A DNA stretch of 64,000 bases from assembly GCF_964204645.1 (NCBI RefSeq), contig NW_027437432.1:62001-126000 (forward strand), written 5' to 3'. Positions 11,058-23,168 of the stretch are shown here, piece after piece. The stretch comes from Tubulanus polymorphus (Eukaryota; Animalia; Nemertea). The notes under the pieces were generated by a model. It saw nothing but the letters and a program-made list of their open reading frames with translations, was not told the origin of the DNA and ran no database searches. How positions within the stretch are numbered: the stretch's first letter is position 1; every line of letters begins with the position of its first letter. The position numbers and the translations under genes are program-made.

Positions 11058-13611
11058 ATGGCTGTATCTAGTGTTTATTTAGAATGTGATGTTTATATGG
11101 TTTGTTTGGCTCATGCTTTATCAACTGAACGCGAGGAAGTGATGGGTTTACTCATTGGAGAGGTACTGTAGGCTTTACTTTACAAAATCAAACACTGACC
11201 TAATGGCTAATTAGTAACCTAATCGACATCGTTGGTGGTAAGCTTTTTATAATCGGATGGGCTTATACCAATATGTGGTTTGTGAAAATATCCGATCGTG
11301 AAACTAAACCACAGACAGGTTACTGACTAACACCGACCCAGACAAAACGTTGGACTTTGCCAAAGTCTTTGGTCCAAACGTCATTTTGATTTGCTCGCCA
11401 ACCGTCTTGCCAGTTCAAACTTCCTTCTCAGTTTCTGTTTCTATGTATTACGTTTCTACATTGAAATGTGGTATATACACAATCAGGAGTGTGCAGAGGG
11501 GGGCTAGGAATCACTCGGCCGTCGCTGCTGTTAACTGACACCAGAAACTTCTTTCTTTTCTATTTTTAGATGATTGATAATAGAATTCTTCACATATCAT
11601 CAGTGATTATATTACGTCGTTCTGATAAACAGCCAGATAGAGTTGAGATATCACCTGAGCAACTTTCAGATGCTGCAATACATGCTGAAATATCCTTTTA
11701 ATTTATTACTAGATCAGATACAGCAGATCCTGTATGCCTGAGATCCTGTATGCCTGAGATCCTGTATGCCTGAGATCCTGCATACCTGAGATCCTGTATG
11801 CCTGAGATCCTGTATGCCTGAGATCCTGTATGCCTGAGATCCTGCATACCTGAGATCTTGTATGCATCAGATCCTGTATGCCTCAGATCCTGCATGCCTC
11901 AGATCCTGTATGCCTCAGATCCTGTATGCCTCAGATCCTGCATACCTGAGATCCTGTATGCCTCAGATCCTGTATGCCTCAAATCCTGCATACCTGAGAT
12001 CCTGTATGCCTCAGATCCTGTATGCCTCAAATCCTGCATACCTGAGATCCTGTATGCCTCAGATCCTGCATGTCTCAGATTTTGTATGCCTCAGATCCTG
12101 TATGCCTCAGATCCTGCATACCTGAGATCCTGTATGCCTCAGATCCTGTATGCCTCAGATCCTGCATGTCTCAGATTTTGTATGCCTCAGATCCTGCATG
12201 TCTAAGATTATCACATCCACCCTTGGCCATGTGAGATTCAATGTATAATGATGATGAGTGAGCTGACTGCCCAGCCCTGGAATCGTCAGCTGCTGTCCGT
12301 GTATTCCTAGATCGAGTCTACTGTGGAGTGTGAAATAATGCTTACCATGAAACTGATTGAAATAGTTTGATTCTGCTGTGTTTATGTGGTATATATATAT
12401 TTATAATTCCTTGATGAAACTGTGAACAGATTAACAAATGAACTGAAGCGGCCGATGAGAGTTTTAGGCTGGTATCATTCACATCCACATATAACAGTGT
12501 GGCCGTCACACGTAGGTTAGTGAGTTTAAACAGAGTTTATAGCGGTCCTTGAAACTTCTTAAATATGAACTCCGTGTTTATAACTGCATGATTCACACGT
12601 TTCCTGTTTCCCCGCGACCCATGAAACACATTCATACATTGTAGATGTACGAACTCAAGCAATGTATCAGTTGATGGATGATTGTTTCATTGGACTCATT
12701 TTCTCAGTTTATTCAGAGGATAAACAAACAAAGGTAAAGTTAAAATATCTGTGAAAATTGTGGACACATTTCTACAATTCTGAATCCAGTTCTAAAGTTC
12801 TGGTTCCGCAATTGTGAGTTAATCCGATAAGACTGAGTAGATCTATAATATCTGATGAGTTGTATGTTTATTCTATTTCAGCAATGTAGGATTCAAGTGA
12901 CTTGTTTTCAATCAGTGAATCAGAGTCCAGAAGGGGAACCACCGCAGTCAGTACCGACAACTTCTCTTCATTCTCAAATATTCAAATCTATATTTGTGTA
13001 TTCAGTGGGTGGCTAGAAAAATATTGAAATTGTTTTAAATATTTCAGATATATGCGTATTGAGATACCACTACATATAAAACAACAGAATTCAATGAGTC
13101 AAAGTTGTTTGGAATCTCTGGTGGAATTACCGAAAATTCTCACTCGTGAAGAAGAGGAAGAATATGAGAGAACGATGATTACTGGAAATAACTTAGATCT
13201 GATAAATAGAATACATAACGGTGCTGGTAGGTATCATAATAAATCAGTTTTTGAAAGTGTGCTGGTAAAATGTCTAATGTCTGGTGTTTGTAGTTCATTT
13301 TCAATTAAAAATGTCTCAGGTGAAGCACTGAACACATGTGAAGTGTGGACGATCATCACAAAGTGGAATGTGCTGGGGGCACACAGACCAGGCTCATCGC
13401 CTGAAGGGTTGTAGCATGTGTTGAATACTTATATATTGTGTTTATTTTAATTGCAGTATTTTCCAAATCTTTATGTCACATAATGGAAGTAATGTCAGGA
13501 CCTTTGATGCATACTTTAGAAAGTCGTTTGAAGCAGAATGAACTGAAATTAAAGAGTCTTTCACAGGAACGAGATTCACTTTTAAAACAATTAAAATCAA
13601 CTCGCAACTAG
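11058..13611 (+). CDS. BRCC3: Lys-63-specific deubiquitinase BRCC36 (JAMM/MPN+ metalloprotease), 7 exons
   Basis: Exons 11058-11162, 11570-11689, 12428-12515, 12645-12733, 12882-12946, 13048-13226, 13457-13611. Motifs CLAHALSTEREEVMGLLIGE, RRSDKQPDRVEISPEQLS, PMRVLGWYHSHPHITVWPSHVDVRTQAMYQ. Confidence 0.96.
11690..12427 (+). other. U12-type (minor spliceosome) AT-AC intron, BRCC3 intron 2
   Basis: The 5' end is ATATCCTTT and a branch site TTCCTTGAT lies at 12407-12415, 12 nt before the terminal AC. Removing the intron restores the in-frame ...IHAE|RLTNELKRPMRV. Confidence 0.93.
11725..12205. repeat. 16-bp minisatellite inside the BRCC3 U12 intron
   Basis: Unit AGATCCTGTATGCCT(G/C). Confidence 0.95.
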
Positions 13612-13731
13612 TTTTCAACTAGTGTTCAACTAGTGTTCAACTAGTGTTCAACTGGTGTTCAACTAGTGTTCAACTGGTGTTCAACTGGTGTTCAACTAGT
13701 GTTCAACTGGTGTTCAACTAGTGTTCAACTA
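13605..13731. repeat. 11-bp repeat starting at the BRCC3 stop codon
   Basis: Unit CAACTAGTGTT. Confidence 0.9.
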
Positions 13732-14238
13732 TCTGAGTTTTGTACTTCATCAGAACTGATCAAATTATTGTACATAAATGCTGTAATACCCGTTTATCAT
13801 TGAAATGAATAAAATTTTGTTATAAAAAGGAAATTTGAATATTTACTTATTGAGGCAGCCTAAGAAAGCCCAGCACCCAGAATACCAAACTGGTATCTAT
13901 TTCATCCAGAGCGTTGAATTGTAAAAAAATATAAGGATTCGAACCCCCGCGCCCACACGGATGGATACGCCCGTCAGTGGGAAGTGTGAATAATCCACTA
14001 CCCCTTTAGAACCAATTCAATTATAATTTTATTGATGTTTATTTGTGACCACATAAACTTGATAACATCAGCTACACTCATCATTCAACAAGACAAAATT
14101 TTCATCAAGATAATTGATTTAAAAAAAGCATTTTCTCTAAACACCAATTCAATCAATTATATTAAAACACCTGCTTACGACGAGTGTGAAATATCCACTA
14201 CCCCTTCAATACACGTGTGATGCGTAGAATTCAGTAAA

Positions 14239-17200
14239 ATGTCTTTTTTTATTAGAAATAAAACGAAATCTGAAGTAACAACGATTCGAAATAAAAAGGT
14301 GATGATAACTCAATGAATCATGTGAATTTTTGTGTATATTTGATTATTTTTAAATGAGTTCTGATGAATTAAAGTGTCTGATGATTAGTCTGTGATTAAA
14401 CCGCTCCCAATCAATCCAATTAGAATTTATTTCTCTATTTTAGCCTCTCGTGAAATCGAAGAGTTTCGGTGGAAAACAGCAAAAATCTGGCCGAGATGCA
14501 GTTAGAGGGTCTGCTCCCCGCAGAGATACAGCCAGTGGAGGGACTGCTCCAGCTGCTAAACGCAGAGATACAGTCGGAGGAGGGACTGCTCCAGCTGCCA
14601 AACGTAGGAAACCAAATGAAACCAACAACAATAATTATAAAGGTGGATTAAATGACGAGATAGCAAGTGATTCAGACAGGTACGAAATATATATCGGTAT
14701 AAATTCCAATCTCTGAGGAGAAGGGAGAGGAGAGGTGAGAGGAGGGGAGAGAGTGGGTGAGAGGAGGGGAGAGAGTGGGTGAGGGGAGGGGAAGAGGGAG
14801 AGGGGAGAAAGTGGGTGAGGAGAGGAGAGAGTGGGTGAGGGGAGGAGAGAGAAAGAGGGGAGAGTGGGTGAGAGGAGAGAGTGGGTGAGAGGGGAGAGGG
14901 AGGAAGAGGGAGAGGAGAGAGGAAGTGAGATTGAAGATAAAGGAGATAAGGGAATGAAACACATGTGACTGATTACTGATAATTGATTGATTGAATTATG
15001 TTTTTAAAGTGATTTAGATTTGGGTCAAGATAAAATCAATGAGAAGTCAGCTGCGGCGGGCGGGTATTCATCAGAGGAGGATCTAGAAACCGCTCAAGAA
15101 AAACGAATACGTTTGGCAAAACAGTATTTATCACAACTGGAGAATGAAGGTCAGTGACTGACACCGGTTGGATGTTTGAATCTAGATTCTCTCACTGAGA
15201 CCGGTCGGATGTTTATAGATCTATAGACGAATCTAGATTCTCTCACTGAGACCGGTCGGATGTTTATAGATCTATAGATGAATCTAGATTCTCTCACTGA
15301 GACCGGTCGGATGTTTATAGATCTATAGGCGAATCTAGATTCTCTCACTGAGAACGGTCGGATGTTTATAGATCTATAGATGAATCTAGATTCTCTCACT
15401 GAGAACGGTCGGATGTTTATAGATCTATAGATGAATCTAGATTCTCTCACTGAGACCGGTCGGATGTTTATAGATCTATAGACGAATCTAGATTCTCTCG
15501 CTGAGACCGGTCGGATGTTTATAGATCTATAGATGAATCTAGATTCTCTCACTGAGAACGGTCGGATGTTTATAGATCTATAGATGAATCTAGATTCTCT
15601 CACTGAGACCGGTCGGATGTTTATAGATCTATAGATGAATCTAGATTCTCTCACTGAGACCGGTCGGATGTTTATAGGTCTATAGATGAATCTAGATTCT
15701 CTCACTGAGACCGGTCGGATATTTATAGATCTATAGACGAATCTAGATTCTCTCACTGAGACCGGTCGGATGTTTATAGATCTATAGATGAATCTAGATT
15801 CTCTCACTGAGACCGGTCGGATGTTTATAGGTCTATAGATGAATCTAGATTCTCTCACTGAGACCGGTCGGATGTTTATAGATCTATAGATGAATCTAGA
15901 TTCTCTCACGGAGACCGGTCGGATGTTTATAGATCTATAGATGAATCTAGATTCTCTCACTGAGACCGGTCGGATGTTCATAGATCTATAGATGAATCTA
16001 GATTCTCTCACTGAGACCGGTCGGATGTTTATAGGTCTATAGATGAATCTAGATTCTCTCACTGAGACCGGTCGGATGTTTATAGATCTATAGATGAATC
16101 TAGATTCTCTCACTGAGAACGGTCGGATGTTTATAGGTCTATAGATGAATCTAGATTCTCTCACTGAGAACGGTCGGATGTTTATAGATCTATAGATGAA
16201 TCTAGATTCTCTCACTGAGACCGGTTGGATGTTTATAGATCTATAGATGAATCTAGATTCTCTCACTGAGACCGGTCGGATGTTTATAGATCTATAGATG
16301 AATCTAGATTCTCTCACTGAGACCGGTTGGATGTTTATAGATCTATAGATGAATCTAGATTCTCTCACTGAGACCGGTCGGATGTTTATAGATCTATAGA
16401 TGAATCTAGATTCTCTCACTGAGACCGGTTCGATGTTTGAGTCTAGATTCTCTCACTGAGACCGGTCGGATGTTTATAGATCTATAGATGAATCTAGATT
16501 CTCTCACTGAGACCGGTTGGATGTTTGAATCTAGATTCACTGAGACCGGTTCGATGTTTGAATCTAGATTCTCTCACTGAGACCGGTCGGATGTTTATAG
16601 ATCTATAGATGAATCTAGATTCTCTCACTGAGACCGGTTGGATGTTTGAATCTAGATTCTCTCACTGAGACCGGTTCGATGTTTGAATCTAGATTCTCTC
16701 ACTGAGACCGGTCGGATGTTAATAGATCTATAGATGAATCTAGATTCTCTCACTGAGACCGGTTGGATGTTTGAATCTAGATTCTCTCACTGAGACCGGT
16801 CGGATGTTAATAGATCTATAGATGAATCTAGATTCTCTCACTGAGACCGGTTGGATGTTTGAATCTAGATTCTCTCACTGAGACCGGTTCGATGTTTGAA
16901 TCTAGATTCTCTCACTGAGACCGGTCGGATGTTTATAGATCTATAGATGAATCTAGATTCTCTCACTGAGACCGGTCGGATGTTTATAGATCTATAGATG
17001 AATCTAGATTCTCTCACTGAGACCGGTTGGATGTTTATAGATCTATAGATGAATCTAGATTCTCTCACTGAGACCGGTCGGATGTTTATAGATCTATAGA
17101 TGAATCCAGATTCTCTGTATTTCATATTTTTATTTGATTAGAAAAATTACAAGACGAAGATCGAGAAGCTCAAAAAGATTTAATCGCTCATCGTTTAAAA

Positions 17201-20200
17201 CAGGATGTGGTAAGAATTACTGTAATATAATACAACTGAGTTTACTAAATCTATCGACATGTTTCATGTTCTATCGGTATGTTTCATGTTCTATCAGCAT
17301 GTTTCATGTTCTATCGGTATGTTTCATGTTCTATCGACATGTTTCATGTTCTATCGACATGTTTCATGTTCTATCGACATGTTTCATGTTCTATCGGTAT
17401 GTTTCATGTTCTATCGACATGTTTCATGTTCTATCGACATGTTTCATGTTCTATCGGCATGTTTCATGTTCAATCGGTATGTTTCATGTTCTATCGACAT
17501 GTTTCATGTTCTATCGACATGTTTCATGTTCTATCGACATGTTTCATGTTCTATCTGTATGTTTCATGTTCTATCGGTATGTTTCATGTTCTATCGGCAT
17601 GTTTCATGTTCTATCGACATGTTTCATGTTCTATCGGCATGTTTCATGTTCTATCGGTATGTTTCATGTTCTATCGACATGTTTCATGTTCTATTGACAT
17701 GTTTCATGTTCTATCGACATGTTTCATGTTCTATCGGTATGTTTCATGTTCTATCGGTATGTTTCATGTTCTATCGACATGTTTCATGTTCTATCGGTAT
17801 GTTTCATGTTCTATCGGTATGTTTCATGTTCTATCGACATGTTTCATGTTCTATCGGTATGTTTCATGTTCTATCGGTATGTTTCATGTTCTATCGACAT
17901 GTTTCATGTTCTATCGGTATGTTTCATGTTCTATTGGTATGTTTCATGTTCTATCGACATGTTTCATGTTCTATCGGTATGTTTCATGTTCTATCGGTAT
18001 GTTTCATGTTCTATCGGTATGTTTCATGTTCTATCGACATGTTTCATGTTCTATCAACATGTTTCATGTTCTATCGACATGTTTCATGTTCTATCTGTAT
18101 GTTTCATGTTCTATCGGTATGTTTCATGTTCTATCGGCATGTTTCATGTTTTATCGGTATGTTTCATGTTCTATCGGTATGTTTCATGTTCTATCGGTAT
18201 GTTTCATGTTCTATCGGTATGTTTCATGTTCTATCGGTATGTTTCATTTTCTATCGACATGTTTCATGTTCTATCGACATGTTTCATGTTCTATCGACAT
18301 GTTTCATGTTCTATCGGCATGTTTCATGTTCTATCGACATGTTTCATGTTCTATCGACATGTTTCATGTTCTATCGACATGTTTCAAATCTGTTTGTTTT
18401 TTTCAGTTGGAACAAAGTGGACGATTGCACAGATATATCGCTGATCAGGTAAATCAGCTGATTATAAACGTATTCAATGGCTACCTCCATAAATCACCCT
18501 ATGACATCATACTAACAGTTGCCTGTGTATATATATTTGTAGTTTTTACCACCGGAAGCTGAAGATATCAGTGTCCTACGTGCTCATCAGTTACCATTAA
18601 CGTGTTTAGTGATTTCACCTGATAATAAATACATTTTCACTGCGTCCAAAGATTGTCATATTATCAAATGTAAGTATTTACAACTGATGACAGAATCCAG
18701 TTACACAGTTTTTTGTGGAATTTCAACTGATTTTATCTCTCACAATTGTCGATCTGATTTTATTGTTTATCGTGTTTTATTTCCAGGGAATTTAGAAACT
18801 TGTCAGAAAATTCATACGATTAAAGGTGGTAAGAAACTGGATCCAAAAACAAGCGCTGGTCACAAGTCTCATGTTTTATGTTTGGCTATTTCATCAGATA
18901 ACAAATTTCTAGTAGGTTTTACACAATTTTATACTGATATTTGACGGTTTAACTCTGAAGAGTTGGTGCTCATTGAATTCATGTATTTTCAGGTTTCTGG
19001 TGATTGCGATAAATTGATTCATGTTTGGAATCCAGAAAATTGTCAACATATTCGAACATTTACAGGACACAGAGATTCTGTTTCAGTGAGTTTTAGTTTA
19101 TTATATTTCACCGAGTAGTTTGAACTCGAAGCCGAAGATGATATGAATTGTATTTGAATACGGTATTTATAGGGTTTAGTTTTCCGTAAAGGAAGTCATC
19201 AGTTGTTCAGTTCTTCACACGACAGATCAGTGAAAATATGGGATTTAGATCAAATGGCTTACGTTGAAACGTTGTAAGTATCCAAACAATAGCTTACTCA
19301 TTACCCTGCACATATATGATGAAAGCATTTCATCAATTTGGTTGAAATGATGGTTTATCTTTCAGATTTGGTCATCAAGATAAAATCACAGCAATAGATT
19401 CGTTATCTCGAGAGAGAGCGATCACATCAGGAGGCGGCGACCGGTCCATTCGTATCTGGAAAATCATTGAAGAATCACAACTAGTTTTTCATGGTCATCA
19501 GTAAGTTAAAATGATGACTAGTAGAATCTGACCAGTAGAGTCTGACCAGTAGAGTCTGACCAGTAGAGTCTGACCAGTAGAATCTGACCAGTAGAGTCTG
19601 ACCAGTAGAGTCTGATCAGTAGAGTCTGACCAGTAGAATCTGACCAGTAGAGTCTGACCAGTAGAATCTGACCAGTAGAGTCTGACCAGTAGAGTCTGAC
19701 CAGTAGAGTCTGACCAGTAGAGTCTGACCAGTAGAGTCTGACCAGTAGAGTCTGACCAGTAGAGTCTGATCAGTAGAGTCTGACCAGTAGAATCTGACCA
19801 GTAGAGTCTGACCAGTAGAGTCTGACCAGTAGAGTCTGACCAGTAGAGTCTGACCAGTAGAGTCTGACCAGTAGAGTCTGACCAGTAGAATCTGACCAGT
19901 AGAGTCTGACCAGTAGAGTCTGACCAGTAGAGTCTGACCAGTAGAGTCTGACCAGTAGAATCTGACCAGTAGAGTCTGACCAGTAGAATCTGACCAGTAG
20001 AGTCTGACCAGTAGAGTCTGACCAGTAGAGTCTGACCAGTAGAATCTGACCAGTAGAGTCTGACCAGTAGAGTCTGACCAGTAGAGTCTGACCAGTAGAG
20101 TCTGACCAGTAGAGTCTGACCAGTAGAGTCTGACCAGTAGAGTCTGACCAGTAGAATCTGACCAGTAGAGTCTGACCAGTAGAATCTGACCAGTAGAGTC

Positions 20201-22007
20201 TGACCAGTAGAGTCTGACCAGTAGAGTCTGACCAGTAGAGTCTGACCAGTAGAGTCTGACCAGTAGAGTCTGACCAGTAGAGTCTGACCAGTAGAATCTG
20301 ACCAGTAGAATCTGACCAGTAGAGTCTGACCAGTAGAGTCTGACCAGTACAGTGTTTACAATACTGGTGTTTGAAATCAGTTTTATACTGATAGGTTTGA
20401 TTTATTTTCAGTGGTTCTATTGATTGTGTATCATTGATAAATGAACAGCATTTTGTCTCCGGTGCCGATGACAAGTAAGTATGATGTCATAGGGTGATTT
20501 ATGGATGAAGCCATTGATGTATATTTAATTGTGTGATATAATGTCAGTTCTCTAGCTGTGTGGAGCGTTATGAAGAAAAAACCGTGCGCTCTCATTAGAA
20601 ACGCTCACAGTAATTCAACTGACGACACTGAAATAAACACAACATCAAAACCTGAAGAGAACTGGATTTCAGCAGTTTCATCATTACAGCATACTGATCT
20701 AATAGCATCAGGTGAGAGCAGTGTATACCAGTTGTACAGCCTGGGGGGAGGGGGAGGGGGGTTATACAGGGGGATCAACTCATCATTACAGCATACTGAT
20801 CTAATAGCATCAGGTGAGAGCAGTGTATACCAGTGTGTAGCCTGGGGGGAGGGGGAGGGGGGTTATACAGGGGGATCAACTCATCATTACAGCATACTGA
20901 TCTAATAGCATCAGGTGAGAGCAGTGTATACCAGTTGTACAGCCTGGGGGGAGGGGGGAGGGGGGTTATACAGGGGGATCAACTCATCATTACAGCATAC
21001 TGATCTAATAGCATCAGGTGAGAGCAGTGTATACCAGTTGTACAGCCTGGGGGGGAGGGGGGAGGGGGGTTATACAGGGGGGATCAACTCATCAGTACAG
21101 CATACTGATCTAATAGCATCAGGTGAGAGCAGTGTATACCAGTTGTACAGCCTGGGGGGGGGGGTTATACAGGGGGGATCAACTCATCAGTACAGCTTAC
21201 TGATCTAATAGCATCAGGTGAGAGCAGTGTATACCAGTTGTACAGCCTGGGGGGGGGGGGGGTTATACAGGGGGGATCAACTCATCAGTACAGCATACTG
21301 ATCTAATAGCATCAGGTGAGAGCAGTGTATACCAGTTGTACAGCCTGGGGGGGGGGGGTTATACAGGGGGGATCAACTCATCAGTACAGCATACTGATCT
21401 AATAGCATCAGGTGAGAGCAGTGTATACCAGTTGTACAGCCTGGGGGATCCGGGATTATGGTTAGGCAAGATCGATATCTAACTGTTGGGTGCAGAGAAA
21501 ACCTCCCTCTCCCCTCCCTCTCCCCTCCCTCTCCTCCCTCTCTTCCCTCTCCTCTTTCCCAGATCCATTTAATGTTGTTTCCTATTGATTGTCAGCAGGT
21601 TCTAAAGATGGTCGCATCAGATTGTGGAGAATTCTAGATGATTATAGGAAACTGGAACCGTTATTCTCTGTACCAGTCGTAAGTGTTTCATTCTGAGATT
21701 CAAACTTTAGAGAATTAATGTAAACAATTCATTAAATATATTTCTGATTCTATTTTCCTCATCAGGAAATTCAACTCAAATTGCCCTGCAATCTCTTCAC
21801 ATGAACTATGCTGTAGTATATTGAAATGTATGACACGTTTGTATTGTATTGTAGGTCGGGTTTGTGAATAGTTTACAGTTTGCCAGTGACGGTAGTTTCC
21901 TAGTTGCCGCAGTAGGACAGGAACATAAATGGGGCCGATGGTGGAGAATGAAAGATGCTAAGAATTCTTTAGTTATCATTCGATTAAAGAAAAAATCAGA
22001 GACATGA
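14239..22007 (+). CDS. RRP9: U3 snoRNA-interacting protein 2 (U3-55K), WD40-repeat protein, multi-exon
   Basis: ATG at 14239 (MSFFIR). Exon-encoded motifs ETAQEKRIRLAKQYL, GHRDSVSGLVFRKG, SHDRSVKIW, YVETLFGHQD, IWKIIEESQLVFHGH, VAAVGQEHKWGRWW. TGA at 22005-22007 and AATAAA at 22040. Confidence 0.95.
15156..17116. repeat. 51-bp (and 37-bp variant) palindrome-rich minisatellite filling an RRP9 intron
   Basis: Unit GAATCTAGATTCTCTCACTGAGACCGGTCGGATGTTTATAGATCTATAGAT. Confidence 0.95.
17250..18386. repeat. 20-bp intronic minisatellite (RRP9)
   Basis: Unit GTTTCATGTTCTATCG(AC/GT)AT. Confidence 0.95.
19515..20349. repeat. 14-bp intronic minisatellite (RRP9)
   Basis: Unit CAGTAGAGTCTGAC. Confidence 0.95.
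20678..21450 (+). repeat. ~95-105-bp tandem repeat of an RRP9 exon end plus its 5' splice site, 8 copies
   Basis: Unit TCAT(T/G)ACAGCATACTGATCTAATAGCATCAG|GTGAGAGCAGTG followed by poly-G. Confidence 0.95.
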
Positions 22008-22818
22008 AATGTAAACTGGATTGATTTGGATGTTGGGACAATAAAGTCATGATAAAACAATCTTGGAGTTTAAACTGTAAGGTTTTCGTTCTAGGATTCT
22101 TTAGACCTCTGCATTGAGGAAATACAGTTTTATAGGCATAGACTCTGTAGACCGCTGCATTGTCTATTTGTGCTATTAATAGGAAAAAATTTGTTTTAGT
22201 CTAATCTGTGCTTAATTTTTGACAAAAATGGCAATAAGTGCTTAAAAGTGCTCCCCTTGGCTAGAATAAGTTATCTGATAAACCACAGCATTTAAAGTGA
22301 TACTTAGGATTGATCGAATAATCAAAAGCCAAGCACACATCTCACTTATTGGTATTTAATGAGTGTTCTAGGGCATTAGTGGCTTAAGCAAACTTTATTA
22401 TTCCAGTTAGACTGTGCGTGAAATCGGATCTCTGGGACGGTGGAAGATGTGTCTGACTTGAGTTATTTTCGAGTTGGATGTTATATATTTTTGAATAGTG
22501 TTCCAGACATCCGATTCGAGCAGAGTACACTGATTTTCCTAATGGGCTGAAATGAAATTCTTTGGGGAATAAATTTTCATTTGCTTAAAATTCCCCCTTT
22601 GGCATGCGAGCCTGCTGCTTCATCGGGGGTGTTAATACATTGGAATACATTCGCTGAGAAAAGAGTTCTATCTAAAATAGCTTGTATTCGCTAGCAAGAG
22701 TAGAAACTCTCGGGTAAAGTCTTAAGTGTGATATAAATATTTATTCTCAACTAACAAGGGTAGAGTAATGAGCTTAATTTGACTTAGATATATGTATCGC
22801 TATTCCTCGCATGCCACA

Positions 22819-23168
22819 GTAGAATAACGAGGCTGTGTTAGATCTCAGCCGTTCAGTGCTGCCCCTATGAATTACGATAGCGGAATTTCTGTGAACTAAA
22901 ATAGTAGCCCGCTTTTGCCGTCGGAATATAGATTTCTTTTTTACGTACGATACGGACCGGTGTGGCGCCTAATAAACTATGATACTCTGAATCTGTTCGA
23001 AATCTGAGAATTTTCACGGAATCCGCCCGAAAATCGGTAAATAGTTTGTCTACTTTAGCCGGTAAAGAATTTGGCAAGCGAGTAAAATGTTAGTTCGCGC
23101 TTTTCCCGCTATTGTTATACATAGGGGCAGCACTGGATGGTCGACACGTTCCTCTCGCTATTTTCACT
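22819..23168. mobile_element. MITE family A, with related partial copies at ~98-260 and ~38041-38195
   Basis: Imperfect TIR CCGTTCAGTGCTGCCCCTATG...CATAGGGGCAGCACTGGATGG. The internal sequence AAATCGGTAAATAGTTTG...GTTAGTTCGC is shared by all three copies. Confidence 0.75.

Noticed and set aside
15151-16419. 422-aa ORF of 17-aa repeats
   Set aside because: It is a translation of the 51-bp intronic satellite on the antisense strand, with no ATG or unique domain.
17134-18562. Overlapping 187-427 aa Cys/Met/Phe-rich ORFs
   Set aside because: All frames are open because the 20-bp unit lacks stops, and the region is an RRP9 intron.
20678-21450. CRISPR-like regularly spaced repeats
   Set aside because: This is a eukaryotic intron. 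The intervening sequences are near-identical rather than unique spacers, and there are no cas genes.
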